Shown here piece by piece: positions 45,039 through 53,796 of a stretch of 59,181 nt of DNA. A model generated the notes under the pieces. The model made no database searches and was not told the origin of the DNA. It saw only the letters and a list, made by a program, of their open reading frames with translations. A program made the translations under genes and the position numbers. The stretch lies in the IMG/VR virus record IMGVR_UViG_3300035670_000237, positions 1-59,181 of that record; one strand, 5' to 3'. Each line of letters opens with the position of its first letter. Positions within the stretch are counted from its first letter, which is position 1. Source of the stretch: a virus. Lineage: Duplodnaviria; Caudoviricetes.

Positions 45039-45512
45039 ATGGACCACGAATTGAGCGCCCTACTGCGCCTTTTGCGCGCCACCTCAGAGCACCCAACTGG
45101 CACACCTGAAAGGCGGCGTCACGTTGCCGAGCTCGCCGGTGTCAGCGCTGACAACCTCTATCAGGTTGCACGCGGGATCCCGCTGGCCTCAGGGCGGCCA
45201 CGACAGCTCGGCCGCGATGTCAAGGAGCGCCTGACCGCAGCCTTCCCCGGCTGGCTCGACCTGGCGGGATCGTCGAATGCGGTTGCCGCACCAGCCGACA
45301 CTCCGGCGCCCATGCCCACGCAGGCGAGCACCGTAGTCGCGCCGTTGGCCCGCTGGCCACACGAGCGCTTTCCCGCGTCATACTGGCAACAGTTGACGCT
45401 TGCCGAGCGAGCCATCATCGAGGAGTCGATGCTCGAGGCCTACGACCGCCTCATGGCCCGGCGCGAACAGCTCGCCTCCGCTGCCGGCAAAACAGGACGG
45501 TCGGCGGCGTAG
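45039..45512 (+). CDS. Phage repressor (CI position), no S24 peptidase domain evident
   Basis: N-terminal HTH ending PGWLD. Divergent from cro across the operators. Confidence 0.7.
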   Translation: MDHELSALLRLLRATSEHPTGTPERRRHVAELAGVSADNLYQVARGIPLASGRPRQLGRDVKERLTAAFPGWLDLAGSSNAVAAPADTPAPMPTQASTVVAPLARWPHERFPASYWQQLTLAERAIIEESMLEAYDRLMARREQLASAAGKTGRSAA

Positions 45513-45646
45513 GTCACGCGTGCCGGGTGTTGGCGTTTCGAGGCCGCTGAAAGCCCGCGGTTTGGTCAAAAATTCTGGCGAATGTCAGCGCATGAAAGTC
45601 GTAGCATGCAAGACTGCCAGCCAGACATCCCCCGGAGACCCATGTC

Positions 45647-45892
45647 ATGAACACAGACTTTCTGGCACAGGAAATCGCCACGTACAACCGGCTGCTGCCC
45701 GAGTTGCTGCTGCAGGTGGGGCGCTACGCTCTCATCAAGGGTGATGCGCTCATCGACACGTTCGACTCCTATCACGATGCGACCAAGCGCGGGTACGCGC
45801 TGTTCAAGCTCGAGCCTTTCCTGGTCAAGCAGATCTGCCCTGCCATGCCGGTGGCGTACTTCAGCCGCGACCTGGTGGCATGCCCTGCCTGA
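45647..45892 (+). CDS. Small DUF5678-like protein
   Basis: EIATY..L.PELL...GRYALIKGD..I..FDSY.DA...GY..F...PFLVKQI. Confidence 0.65.
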   Translation: MNTDFLAQEIATYNRLLPELLLQVGRYALIKGDALIDTFDSYHDATKRGYALFKLEPFLVKQICPAMPVAYFSRDLVACPA

Positions 45893-46323
45893 CACTTTCG
45901 TGCACTGCCGCGGGGCCCACCGTTTCGGTGGCCATCGCCCCTAGCGCCCTCTTGCGCGATGCCATGATGGCGGCGGGCGTACAGCCTCCGCAGCCGGTGA
46001 TTGGCATCTTCCTGGTGGACACCGGGGCGTCGCACACGGTGGTCGACAGCAAGTTGATTGCTCAGCTCGCCGTCAACCCCACCGGCGCCGTGATGGTGCA
46101 CACCCCGTCGACGGCTGGCAGCGCCGTGCTGATGCCGCAGTACGACCTGATGTTGTTCGTCCCCGGCGTAGCCGGCTCAGGCGGCTGGCTGCTGGACGGC
46201 CTGCAAGTGACGGCGGCCGTCTTTGACGGTCAGCCCATAGACGGGCTCATCGGCCGCGACATCCTAAATCGCGGAATGCTCGTCTACAACGGGCAGGCCA
46301 GCCACTTCACACTCGCCTACTGA
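45880..46323 (+). CDS. Retropepsin-like aspartyl protease
   Basis: LVDTGAS and GLIGRDIL motifs. Confidence 0.88.
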   Translation: MPCLTLSCTAAGPTVSVAIAPSALLRDAMMAAGVQPPQPVIGIFLVDTGASHTVVDSKLIAQLAVNPTGAVMVHTPSTAGSAVLMPQYDLMLFVPGVAGSGGWLLDGLQVTAAVFDGQPIDGLIGRDILNRGMLVYNGQASHFTLAY

Positions 46324-46332
46324 TCGCCCCAC

Positions 46333-46641
46333 TCACGCCACGCGCTGCCCCAGCGGCGCCGCTTCCGCCTCTTGCAGGTGCTCGCGCGCGATGCGCTTGA
46401 GCTCCGAGTTCGCGAAGCGCGTCAAGGTCTGACGCACCAAAGGCTGGTATCCCAGGCCATGTAGGCGACCGATCGCCTTCAGGTCCTCGATCAGCGATCG
46501 CGGCAGACGGATCGAAATCATCTGCAGGTCCAGGCCCTCGTCCAGCAGCGCCTGCTGTTCGGACGTGACGGTCACCTTGCGCGCATGGTCTCTGTCGCGG
46601 CCAAGTTGGCCGGTGTCCCACAACAGCTCCGGTGTCGTCAT
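46333..46641 (-). CDS. CopG/RHH antitoxin-like protein (orphan)
   Basis: MISIRLP..LIEDLK.I....GLGYQPLVR..L..F. Confidence 0.7.
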   Translation of the reverse strand: MTTPELLWDTGQLGRDRDHARKVTVTSEQQALLDEGLDLQMISIRLPRSLIEDLKAIGRLHGLGYQPLVRQTLTRFANSELKRIAREHLQEAEAAPLGQRVA

Positions 46642-46764
46642 CGTCGTTTGCGCTCAATAGTTCCGCGCCGATTGTATATACAGAAGCAATACAGACGCAA
46701 GCTTCCCGCGAGCGCCAGACACCGGGAGTGAGTGCGGGTTAGGGTTTGTACTGGGCCAAAAAAC

Positions 46765-46797
46765 TAGCTTGACGCTACGCTAGCTTATCGCTAGCAT
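46765..46797 (+). promoter_or_regulatory. pL/oL-like sigma70 promoter with two operators
   Basis: TTGACG (46769)-17-TAGCAT (46792), overlapped by TAGCTTGACGCTA (46765) and TAGCTTATCGCTA (46781). Confidence 0.8.
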
Positions 46798-46848
46798 TCG
46801 CCCTATCCCCACGACAACGGCACACGCCGGGGGTCACGGAAGGGCGCG

Positions 46849-47154
46849 ATGACCCGCAAGACTCATCTTGAGCACACCACTCACGGTGGCCCAACCTGCC
46901 AAACCGGCCGCGTCGGCGCAGCGCTGCGTGGCGAGCACATCACCGTCAAGCTCGACGAGTTCGCGCTCTGCGCAGACGCCCACCGCTGCACGCGCTGCAA
47001 GGGCAGCAAGCTTTTCGCTTTCCTCAAGCGCCAAAGCGACAAGGTGCTTGTCGATGCCTGGATTCCCGAAGCGTCCGATGCCTGGATAGCCGCTGACGCT
47101 GCGCTGATCGCCGCCAACCGCGCGCGCCGCGCTGAGCGAAGGGCCCAGCCATGA
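46849..47154 (+). CDS. Hypothetical early protein (Cys/His motifs)
   Basis: First ORF after the promoter. CTRC motif. Confidence 0.6.
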   Translation: MTRKTHLEHTTHGGPTCQTGRVGAALRGEHITVKLDEFALCADAHRCTRCKGSKLFAFLKRQSDKVLVDAWIPEASDAWIAADAALIAANRARRAERRAQP

Positions 47155-47336
47155 ACACCACCACCAAGCGGTTTGCGCGCACGCTGGACGAGGCCTTCCC
47201 GGGCTCTCGGCCCGCAAGCATCGAAGGCCCGTACCGCCGGGCGCCAGGCGTGCTGGCGGACGCAGCCGGCGTCATCGTCACACTGGCCTGCGCCGCCCTG
47301 TTCATCCACACCTTGCTTGAGTGGGCAGCAGCGTGA
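47151..47336 (+). CDS. Small membrane protein
   Basis: ATGA overlap. T.RFARTLDEAFP motif plus TM. Confidence 0.6.
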   Translation: MNTTTKRFARTLDEAFPGSRPASIEGPYRRAPGVLADAAGVIVTLACAALFIHTLLEWAAA

Positions 47337-47347
47337 ACGCTCTGCGC

Positions 47348-48022
47348 TCAGCCCGCCGCCTCGCGCCGCAGGCGCGCTGCGCGCACCTGCTCGGGCAGCG
47401 TGTACAGGTACATCAGCAGCGCCGAGGTGAAGTCGTGCATCTGGTCGGCCAGAGCGCGCGTGCCCTCTGCGGTGCCGTGCAGCACCTGGTTGCCGTCCAG
47501 CCGGATCTCGTGCGCCCAGTCGCGCATGGCCGGCGTCAACTGGTGGGCGCGCGCCAGGCGCTCGATGCGCTGCATCAGCGTCAAACCGTTCACCCCAGGG
47601 GTGAATGCCTGCAGCGCCAGCTCAAGCGTGCGCCGGTACATGGCGCAGGCGGCCGTGGGCATCCCGTCGCGGCTGCGCCGGCACAGCGCGGCCTCGATGA
47701 AGGCGCGCGCCACCTCCGGCGGGCAGTGCAGCGGGGCATCCACCGGCAGCAGCTGGGGCCATGCGTGCTCGATGCGCACGTCCGGGTGGTCGTCCAGCCC
47801 GTGGCCCAGTGTGCGCAGGTCCAGGTTGCCGTGGTGCGGCGTGTGCGCCACGGCCAGCAGCGGCCCGCCGCAGCCGTTGCACGCGGCCGCCACGTCCCAG
47901 CGGTGCGCATCGCCGCGCCGGGGCTGCAGGCCCCACACCGTGAACGCCACGCGCTCGCGCCCGCAGTGCGGGCAGTGCCAACCCAGAACCCCACCGCCTG
48001 ACTCACCTGACTCGCCCGACAT
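47348..48022 (-). CDS. DUF4145 (HEPN-like) domain protein with N-terminal Zn ribbon
   Basis: CPHCG/CNGC, AAC.MYRRTLE, L..RIE.L, IRLDGNQVLH. Confidence 0.75.
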   Translation of the reverse strand: MSGESGESGGGVLGWHCPHCGRERVAFTVWGLQPRRGDAHRWDVAAACNGCGGPLLAVAHTPHHGNLDLRTLGHGLDDHPDVRIEHAWPQLLPVDAPLHCPPEVARAFIEAALCRRSRDGMPTAACAMYRRTLELALQAFTPGVNGLTLMQRIERLARAHQLTPAMRDWAHEIRLDGNQVLHGTAEGTRALADQMHDFTSALLMYLYTLPEQVRAARLRREAAG

Positions 48023-48292
48023 ATGGACACCTCCAGCACCCACGACACCACCGCGGCCGACCTGGCACAGGCCGATGCCGAAATCGCAATCATTCTGCGC
48101 CAGCCCGAAGGCTGCGCAACGCGCACCGTGACCATGCTGACGCGCGCCTGGCTCAGCCACGACGTGGATGTGTTCACCGCCGCGCTGGTGGCCCGCGTGG
48201 TCACCCAGCACGACCGTCTGCAGGCCTTGAGCCACGAACTGGACAACGCCCGCAAGGCCGCCGACATCGAGGCAGCAAGGGGCGCGGCATGA
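48023..48292 (+). CDS. Hypothetical protein
   Basis: ORF in the early operon, ATGA-coupled to the next gene. Confidence 0.5.
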   Translation: MDTSSTHDTTAADLAQADAEIAIILRQPEGCATRTVTMLTRAWLSHDVDVFTAALVARVVTQHDRLQALSHELDNARKAADIEAARGAA

Positions 48293-48528
48293 GCACAGCC
48301 GACAAGCCGCAGCTGCCGCAGTGCCTGGGCCTGTGCGACCAGGGCCGCAAGGATTGCCCGCAACCCTGGGCCTGCGACGCCACGCTTTGCGACGAGCAGA
48401 CCGACGACCGACACAGCGACGCCGGGCCCGCGTGGCCGGTGATGGAGCTGTGCCTGACCGTGCTGATGGTGGCTGCCGTCATCGGCCTGTCGCTGCTGGT
48501 GAACCAACTGTTGAGCAGTGCGCCATGA
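48289..48528 (+). CDS. Small Cys-rich membrane protein
   Basis: C.G.CDQGR.DCP.P.AC plus TM. Confidence 0.55.
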   Translation: MSTADKPQLPQCLGLCDQGRKDCPQPWACDATLCDEQTDDRHSDAGPAWPVMELCLTVLMVAAVIGLSLLVNQLLSSAP

Positions 48529-48719
48529 ACCCGCCCACAAGCCCTCAGCCCCGACCACGGCCCCACCCGGTGTGGCCTTTTCCCCCGCAGCCGCTGGACT
48601 ACCCCAGCCTGCCCCCGGGGCCGCGCAAGCCGCCGGCCCCTCCCCTGCGCCACCGGCACCGCGACATGCCCGACGCGCTCTTCTGACCCTTGACCCCTGA
48701 CCCCTGAAGGAGGATCCCC

Positions 48720-49739
48720 GTGAACGCACCCGACCGGGCCGTATGGCTCGCCGAACGCCGCACTGGCATAGGGGGCAGCGACATCGCCGCCCTACTGGGC
48801 CTGAGCCCCTACAAGACCCAGGTCGAGCTCTGGCTGGACAAGACGGGCCGCGCGCCCGACATCGAGCCCGACGCCGACCAGGCCGAGCGCATGCACTGGG
48901 GCAACGTCCTCGAGGACGTGGTGGCCCGCCACTACGCCGCGCTGCGCGACGTGAAGATCCAGCGCATCAACACCATGCTGCGCCACCCGGCCTACCCGGC
49001 CGCGCTGGCCAACATCGACCGCGCCATCGTCACCGAGGGCAGCCGCGCCCGCTGGGACGACGGCGCCGGCCGCGTGCTGGGCGCCGACCGCGTGCTCGAG
49101 GTCAAGACCGCGCACGCCATGGCCCAGGGCAGCGCCGAGTGGGGCGAGCCGGGCACCGACGAGGTGCCGCAGCACTACTGGATGCAGTGCCAGTGGTACT
49201 TGGCCATCACCGGCCTGCCCTTTGCCGACCTGGCCGTGCTGTTCGGCGGGCAGAAGTTCTGCGAGTACACCATCCCCGCCGACGCGGGCCTGCAGGGCGA
49301 CCTGCTGGCGCAGGCGCAGGGCTGGTGGCAGCGCCACGTCGTCGAAGACATGCCCCCCGACCCCACCACCGAAGCCGACGCCCGCACCCTGTGGCGCGCC
49401 CACAAGGCCGGCGTGGAGAAGATCGTCGACACCGACGTGGCCCAGGCCGTGGCCGAACTGCAGCGGATCAAGGCGCAGATCGGCAACGAGAAGACCGAGG
49501 GCACGCTCGAGTACCGCATGCAGCAGCTGCGCGACGTGATCTGCGCCGCCTTCGGCGAGGCCGAGGCCATCACCCACGCCGGCCGCAAGCTGGCCACCTG
49601 GAAGGCCAACAAGCCCAGCGTGCGCACCGACTGGAAGGCCGTGGCCGCAGCGCTCGAGCCCGTGCCCGAGCTTGTGGCCGAGCACACCACCGAAACCCCG
49701 GGCGCGCGCGTGCTGCGCCTGTCTGCAGCGAAGGAGTGA
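48720..49739 (+). CDS. YqaJ-like viral recombinase exonuclease
   Basis: WL.ERR.GIGGSD, ANID, LEVKT, VP..Y..QCQWYL. Confidence 0.93.
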   Translation: MNAPDRAVWLAERRTGIGGSDIAALLGLSPYKTQVELWLDKTGRAPDIEPDADQAERMHWGNVLEDVVARHYAALRDVKIQRINTMLRHPAYPAALANIDRAIVTEGSRARWDDGAGRVLGADRVLEVKTAHAMAQGSAEWGEPGTDEVPQHYWMQCQWYLAITGLPFADLAVLFGGQKFCEYTIPADAGLQGDLLAQAQGWWQRHVVEDMPPDPTTEADARTLWRAHKAGVEKIVDTDVAQAVAELQRIKAQIGNEKTEGTLEYRMQQLRDVICAAFGEAEAITHAGRKLATWKANKPSVRTDWKAVAAALEPVPELVAEHTTETPGARVLRLSAAKE

Positions 49740-49744
49740 CCCCG

Positions 49745-50719
49745 ATGAGCACCAACACCAACGTCGTCGCCATGCCCAACGGGCGCAGCGGCTTTTCCCT
49801 TGCGCCGCAGAGTCTGGACGAGGCACTGCGCTTTGCCGACATCCTCAGCAAGAGCAGCATCGTCCCCAAGGACTACCAGGGCAGCCCCGGCAACATCCTC
49901 GTGGCCGTGCAGTGGGGCGCCGAGCTTGGCCTGCCGCCGCTGCAGGCCATGCAGAACATCGCCGTCATCAACGGGCGCCCGGCCGTCTGGGGTGACGCGG
50001 TGATCGCGCTGGTGCGGGCCTCGGGCCTGCTGGAATCCATCGACGAGAAAATCGGTGAATCCGGCGCCACCTGCACCGTCAAGCGCCGCGGCGAGCCCGC
50101 CATCAGCCGCACCTTCACGGTCGAAGATGCCAAGCTCGCCGGCCTGCTGGGCAAGCAAGGCCCCTGGCAGCAGTACCCCAAGCGCATGCTTCAGATGCGC
50201 GCCCGCGCCTGGGCGCTGCGCGACCTGTTTGCCGACGTACTGCGCGGCGTGCACGTGGGCGAAGAGGCGCAGGACCTGCCGCCCGAGCCGGCCACCCGAC
50301 ACATGGGCCCGGTGGACGAGGTGGCCAAGGCGCCCGCCGCCCCGCCCCCACCCGCCACCCGCGCCGACAAGGCCCGAAGCGCCCTGGCAGCGCGCCGCGG
50401 CAACGGCAACAGCGCCGAGCCGCCCGCACTGCCCGCGCCAGCCCTGATGGACGTGCTGACCCAGATCCGCCAGGCCGCCACGCTTGACGCACTGCAGTCC
50501 ACCGCCGACCTGGCCGCGCGCCTGGAGACGCCCGTGGACAAGCAGGCCGCGCGCAACGCCTACGCCGAGCGAAAGGCCCAGCTGCAGACGGGCACCACCA
50601 TCGACGCGGAGACGGGCGAGATCGACCCGCCCGCAGCCGCGGTGTCCGGCCGCGCCGCCGCCGACCCGATGGCCGAGCACGCAGACTTCATCGCAGCACT
50701 GGAAGGCGAGCCGGTATGA
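49745..50719 (+). CDS. RecT-like single-strand annealing protein
   Basis: GAELGL.PLQAMQNIAVINGRP..WGD...PWQQYPKRML..RAR..ALRD.F.D. Follows the exonuclease. Confidence 0.88.
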   Translation: MSTNTNVVAMPNGRSGFSLAPQSLDEALRFADILSKSSIVPKDYQGSPGNILVAVQWGAELGLPPLQAMQNIAVINGRPAVWGDAVIALVRASGLLESIDEKIGESGATCTVKRRGEPAISRTFTVEDAKLAGLLGKQGPWQQYPKRMLQMRARAWALRDLFADVLRGVHVGEEAQDLPPEPATRHMGPVDEVAKAPAAPPPPATRADKARSALAARRGNGNSAEPPALPAPALMDVLTQIRQAATLDALQSTADLAARLETPVDKQAARNAYAERKAQLQTGTTIDAETGEIDPPAAAVSGRAAADPMAEHADFIAALEGEPV

Positions 50720-51093
50720 CCGCCCCCCAAAGCCCCGATATCGCTGAGCTTGCATCCGCCCTCGATGCGTACGCCGAGCTGGCCATGCGCACCGCCAAGA
50801 CCATGCCTGATCCGGCCGGCGAACTCGTCCACGCAGCGCTCGGCCTGGCCGGCGAGGCCGGCGAGTTCGCTGACGCCATCAAGCGCCACGTCACCTACGG
50901 GCAGCGGCTGGACGTGGCCAACAGCCTGGAGGAGCTGGGCGACCTCCTGTGGTACGTCGCCCTGGCCGCCCGCGCCATCGGCGTGCCCCTGTCCCACATC
51001 GCGCAGCACAACATCGACAAGCTGCGCCGACGCTACCCCCACCGCTACACCGACGCCCTGGCCGCCCTGCGGTTCGACAAGGAACAGGCGTGA
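50716..51093 (+). CDS. MazG-like NTP pyrophosphohydrolase
   Basis: LGLAGEAGE..D.IK...EELGDLLWY...NIDKL.RRYP. Confidence 0.9.
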   Translation: MTAPQSPDIAELASALDAYAELAMRTAKTMPDPAGELVHAALGLAGEAGEFADAIKRHVTYGQRLDVANSLEELGDLLWYVALAARAIGVPLSHIAQHNIDKLRRRYPHRYTDALAALRFDKEQA

Positions 51094-51296
51094 CCCTCAA
51101 CCCACCCCCGGCCGCAAAGTTCGCCGTCGTGCTCCATCCGGGCACGTTGTTCGAGCAGGTCGATCAGTACTGCAGCACCTTGCGCGGCGCGCAAGACCTT
51201 GCGCACGAGCTGCGGCTTGACGACCCTGACACCGCCGTTGACGTCATGCGCGTCATCCGACCCAACGGCCGGGCTGCTCTTACTACCGACATCTGA
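51090..51296 (+). CDS. Small hypothetical protein
   Basis: GTGA overlap with the previous stop. Confidence 0.45.
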   Translation: MTLNPPPAAKFAVVLHPGTLFEQVDQYCSTLRGAQDLAHELRLDDPDTAVDVMRVIRPNGRAALTTDI

Positions 51297-51321
51297 TCAC
51301 CAGCGTCAAGGAGTTCTTTCC

Positions 51322-51615
51322 ATGCGCCCCTTCACCCAGACCCTGGACCAGTTGCGGTTCGGGACACTCACAGACGACCTGACCAAGGCCCTCAACGAAC
51401 TGACGCTCAAGTGCTCCGACACCGGCCGCGCGGGCGAACTGACCCTGAAGCTCACCCTCAAGCCCGGCAAGGCGGGCCAGATCGAGATCGTGGACGACAT
51501 GTGGTACGACCTCTACCGCCAGCACAAGGTGTTGGAGGACGCGCTGCAGTTCGTGTGGAGGGCGATTGAGGCCGAACTCGGTCGGTCCATCCTGGATGGG
51601 GAGATCGCGTCATGA
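51322..51615 (+). CDS. Probable in-frame deletion fusion (YfdP-like N-terminus + DUF2303/YfdQ-like C-terminus)
   Basis: AAGGAG SD. RPF..TL..LR.G...G.LTLKLTLKP joined to WYDLYRQHKVLEDA. Confidence 0.5.
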   Translation: MRPFTQTLDQLRFGTLTDDLTKALNELTLKCSDTGRAGELTLKLTLKPGKAGQIEIVDDMWYDLYRQHKVLEDALQFVWRAIEAELGRSILDGEIAS

Positions 51616-52001
51616 CCGACGACACCATTGAACAAGAGATCCGCGCCAAGGGCCTGACCGCGCCGCGCATCACGCCGGCCGACATCGAGGCCAACATCGC
51701 CAGCGAGCACTACTTCACGGCCCGCGATGGCCGTCGCGGTGCGCTGCACGAGGAAACCTACGTCGGACGAGAGCGCCCGGAGGCGGACAACTCCGACCTG
51801 CTGCCGCTCGAGCTGCTGACCTTCTGCGTCATCGTGCTGCGCAACGGCTTCACCGTAACAGGCGAATCTGCCTGCGCTTCGCCAGAAAACTTTGACGCCG
51901 TAATCGGCCGCAAGATTGCCCGGACCAACGCCATCGCCAAGGTCTGGCCGCTGATGGGCTACGAGCTTCGCTCCCGGCTCGCCAGGGGGGAGGCCTTCTG
52001 A
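51612..52001 (+). CDS. Phage gp49/gp66-family protein
   Basis: TAPRITP.DIE..I...LTFCVIVLRNGFTVTGESACASPENFD..IG.KIA..NA..KVW.LMGY.L. Confidence 0.88.
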   Translation: MTDDTIEQEIRAKGLTAPRITPADIEANIASEHYFTARDGRRGALHEETYVGRERPEADNSDLLPLELLTFCVIVLRNGFTVTGESACASPENFDAVIGRKIARTNAIAKVWPLMGYELRSRLARGEAF

Positions 52002-52459
52002 TGACCCCCCTCTACATCTTCGACCTGGACGGCACGCTAGCGCTCACCGAGCACCGCCAACATCTGCTGGACGACAAGGAAGACCCAGACCGCTGGCGCA
52101 AGTTCTTTGCCGCCTGCGTGGCAGATCGGCCGAACTGGCCCGTCATCGGCACGGCCAACGCGCTGCTGAAGTCGGGCGCCGATGTCTGGATCTGGTCAGG
52201 GCGCAGCGGCGAAGTCATGAACGAGACGCTGTCCTGGCTGCACCGGTTCTTCGATGCCGACACCGACGAGATGCAGCTTTGCATGCGCCGAAAGGGGGAC
52301 TTCACCCCCGACGAGCAACTCAAGGCCGGCTGGTTCGACGCGCTCAACGACTTCGACCGGCGCCGGCTGGTGGCCATCTTCGACGACCGGCAGAAGGTCG
52401 TCGACATGTGGCGCTCCAAGGGCATCGCCTGCTTTCAGGTGGCGCCCGGCACGTTCTGA
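52001..52459 (+). CDS. HAD-family phosphatase (PNKP 3'-phosphatase-like)
   Basis: IFDLDGTL, SGR, FDDR..VVDMWR..G..CFQVA. Confidence 0.88.
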   Translation: MTPLYIFDLDGTLALTEHRQHLLDDKEDPDRWRKFFAACVADRPNWPVIGTANALLKSGADVWIWSGRSGEVMNETLSWLHRFFDADTDEMQLCMRRKGDFTPDEQLKAGWFDALNDFDRRRLVAIFDDRQKVVDMWRSKGIACFQVAPGTF

Positions 52460-52480
52460 CCCATCACCAAAAGCACCCCC

Positions 52481-52777
52481 ATGAACACCCCCAAGACCCC
52501 CACGCGCATCTACCTCGTGCGCAACACCGACACCGGCGACGAGCGCCTGGTGCGCGCGCCCAACGTGGCCCGCGCGCTGGCGCACATCACCAGCACCAGC
52601 TACAGCTGCGAAGTGGCCACCCAGGATCAGCTGGTGGCGCTGCTGACCGCAGACACGCCAGCCGAGGTGGAGGATGCCCAGCGCAGCGCTGTGAGCGCCG
52701 ACAACGCCGCCAAGAACGATGCCGAGGAGGGCCCTTTGTACTGGCCGGAACGCAAGCCATGCGCCGCCAATTCCTGA
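52481..52777 (+). CDS. Hypothetical protein
   Basis: RIYLV...RLVRA....AL.H......EVATQD.LV motif. Confidence 0.6.
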   Translation: MNTPKTPTRIYLVRNTDTGDERLVRAPNVARALAHITSTSYSCEVATQDQLVALLTADTPAEVEDAQRSAVSADNAAKNDAEEGPLYWPERKPCAANS

Positions 52778-53268
52778 GCACCGACCCCGACGCCATGCAA
52801 CGCATCATCCAGCGCGCAACCGAAGAGGGCGACTGTCTTCTTTGGGACGGCGTGTACAACAACGGCAGCCCGCAGGTCTACATCGACGGCCGCTACCAGA
52901 TGGTGCGCCGCGTGCTGTGGCAACTCAGCCGCGGCGACATCCCCCAGGGCCTGCATCCGCGCTGCACCTGCGGCGAGCCGCGCTGCATCAGCCTGGATCA
53001 CATCCGGCTGCGCACCGTGCGCCAGATCGGCAGGGACGCCGCCAAGACAGGCGCCTGGAACAGCCTGCTGCGCCGCGTCAAGATCGCCGCCGCCCGCCGC
53101 AAGAACGGCAAGCTCACGCAGACCGACGTCGACCGCATCCGCGCCGCCGACAACGGCGCAGCCATCGCGCGCGAGCTGGGCATCAGCAAGAGCGCAGCCC
53201 AGAAGATTCGCACCGGCAAGGCCTGGGCGCCGCTGGGCTCGGCCTACCCGGGGTGGATGGGCTCATGA
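52759..53268 (+). CDS. Degenerate HNH-like protein with C-terminal HTH
   Basis: DCLLW.G, RRVLW, TCGEPRCI..DH, KLT..DV..IR...IARELGIS. Confidence 0.65.
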   Translation: MRRQFLSTDPDAMQRIIQRATEEGDCLLWDGVYNNGSPQVYIDGRYQMVRRVLWQLSRGDIPQGLHPRCTCGEPRCISLDHIRLRTVRQIGRDAAKTGAWNSLLRRVKIAAARRKNGKLTQTDVDRIRAADNGAAIARELGISKSAAQKIRTGKAWAPLGSAYPGWMGS

Positions 53269-53537
53269 AGGCCGCCGCCACCGGAGTGCACTGCCCGCAT
53301 TGCGAGCAGCCCACCCGCAGCCGCGTGCTGGAAAGCCGACCTCACGAGGGCAGCGTCTGGCGCCGCCGCCTGTGCCTGCGCTGCCAGCGCGTCTACGTCA
53401 GCGCCGAGCATGCCCCAGCGGGCCTGCGCATGCCGACGCTGACATCCAGCAGGCACCGCAGCCCGCCCACCCAGGCCCCCACGCCACCCGAAGCCCCTCG
53501 CGGCGACGGCGCGCACCTGGTGGGGCTGTGGCGCTGA
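53265..53537 (+). CDS. NrdR-N-like zinc-ribbon protein
   Basis: CPHC...SRVLESR....VWRRRLCLRC. Confidence 0.75.
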   Translation: MKAAATGVHCPHCEQPTRSRVLESRPHEGSVWRRRLCLRCQRVYVSAEHAPAGLRMPTLTSSRHRSPPTQAPTPPEAPRGDGAHLVGLWR

Positions 53538-53559
53538 AAGACTGAACGATGAGCTTTGC

Positions 53560-53667
53560 GGCTTGGCAGGGCGCGGCGGGGCCGGGCGTGGCCTGGCAAG
53601 GCGGGGCCAGGCAAGGGCTGTTTTCAGCGGGCAGCGCGTCATGGCGCGCTACCCAGTGGCAACACCC
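53560..53667 (+). ncRNA. GGC-NN pentamer array 1 (11 units, 53560-53614) plus 3' stem-loop; candidate guide RNA
   Basis: GGC+TT,AG,GC,GG,CG,GT,CT,AA,GG,CA,AA, then a GGGCTGTT...AACACCC hairpin. Confidence 0.75.
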
Positions 53668-53680
53668 ACATACCCATCAA

Positions 53681-53744
53681 GGCCGGGCGCCGCTGGGCTG
53701 GGCAGAGCTGGGCGTGGCAGAGCCAGGCAGGGGCGCCATGCGCA
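53681..53744 (+). ncRNA. GGC-NN pentamer array 2 (10 units, 53681-53730) plus conserved tail
   Basis: (G/C/A)GC+CG,GC,TG,TG,AG,TG,GT,AG,CA,AG, then GGGCGCCATGCGCA. Confidence 0.7.
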
Positions 53745-53796
53745 CAAGTCGTGCGACGCGGCATTCATCACCTCAACAACGTCAAGGAGTGACGAC

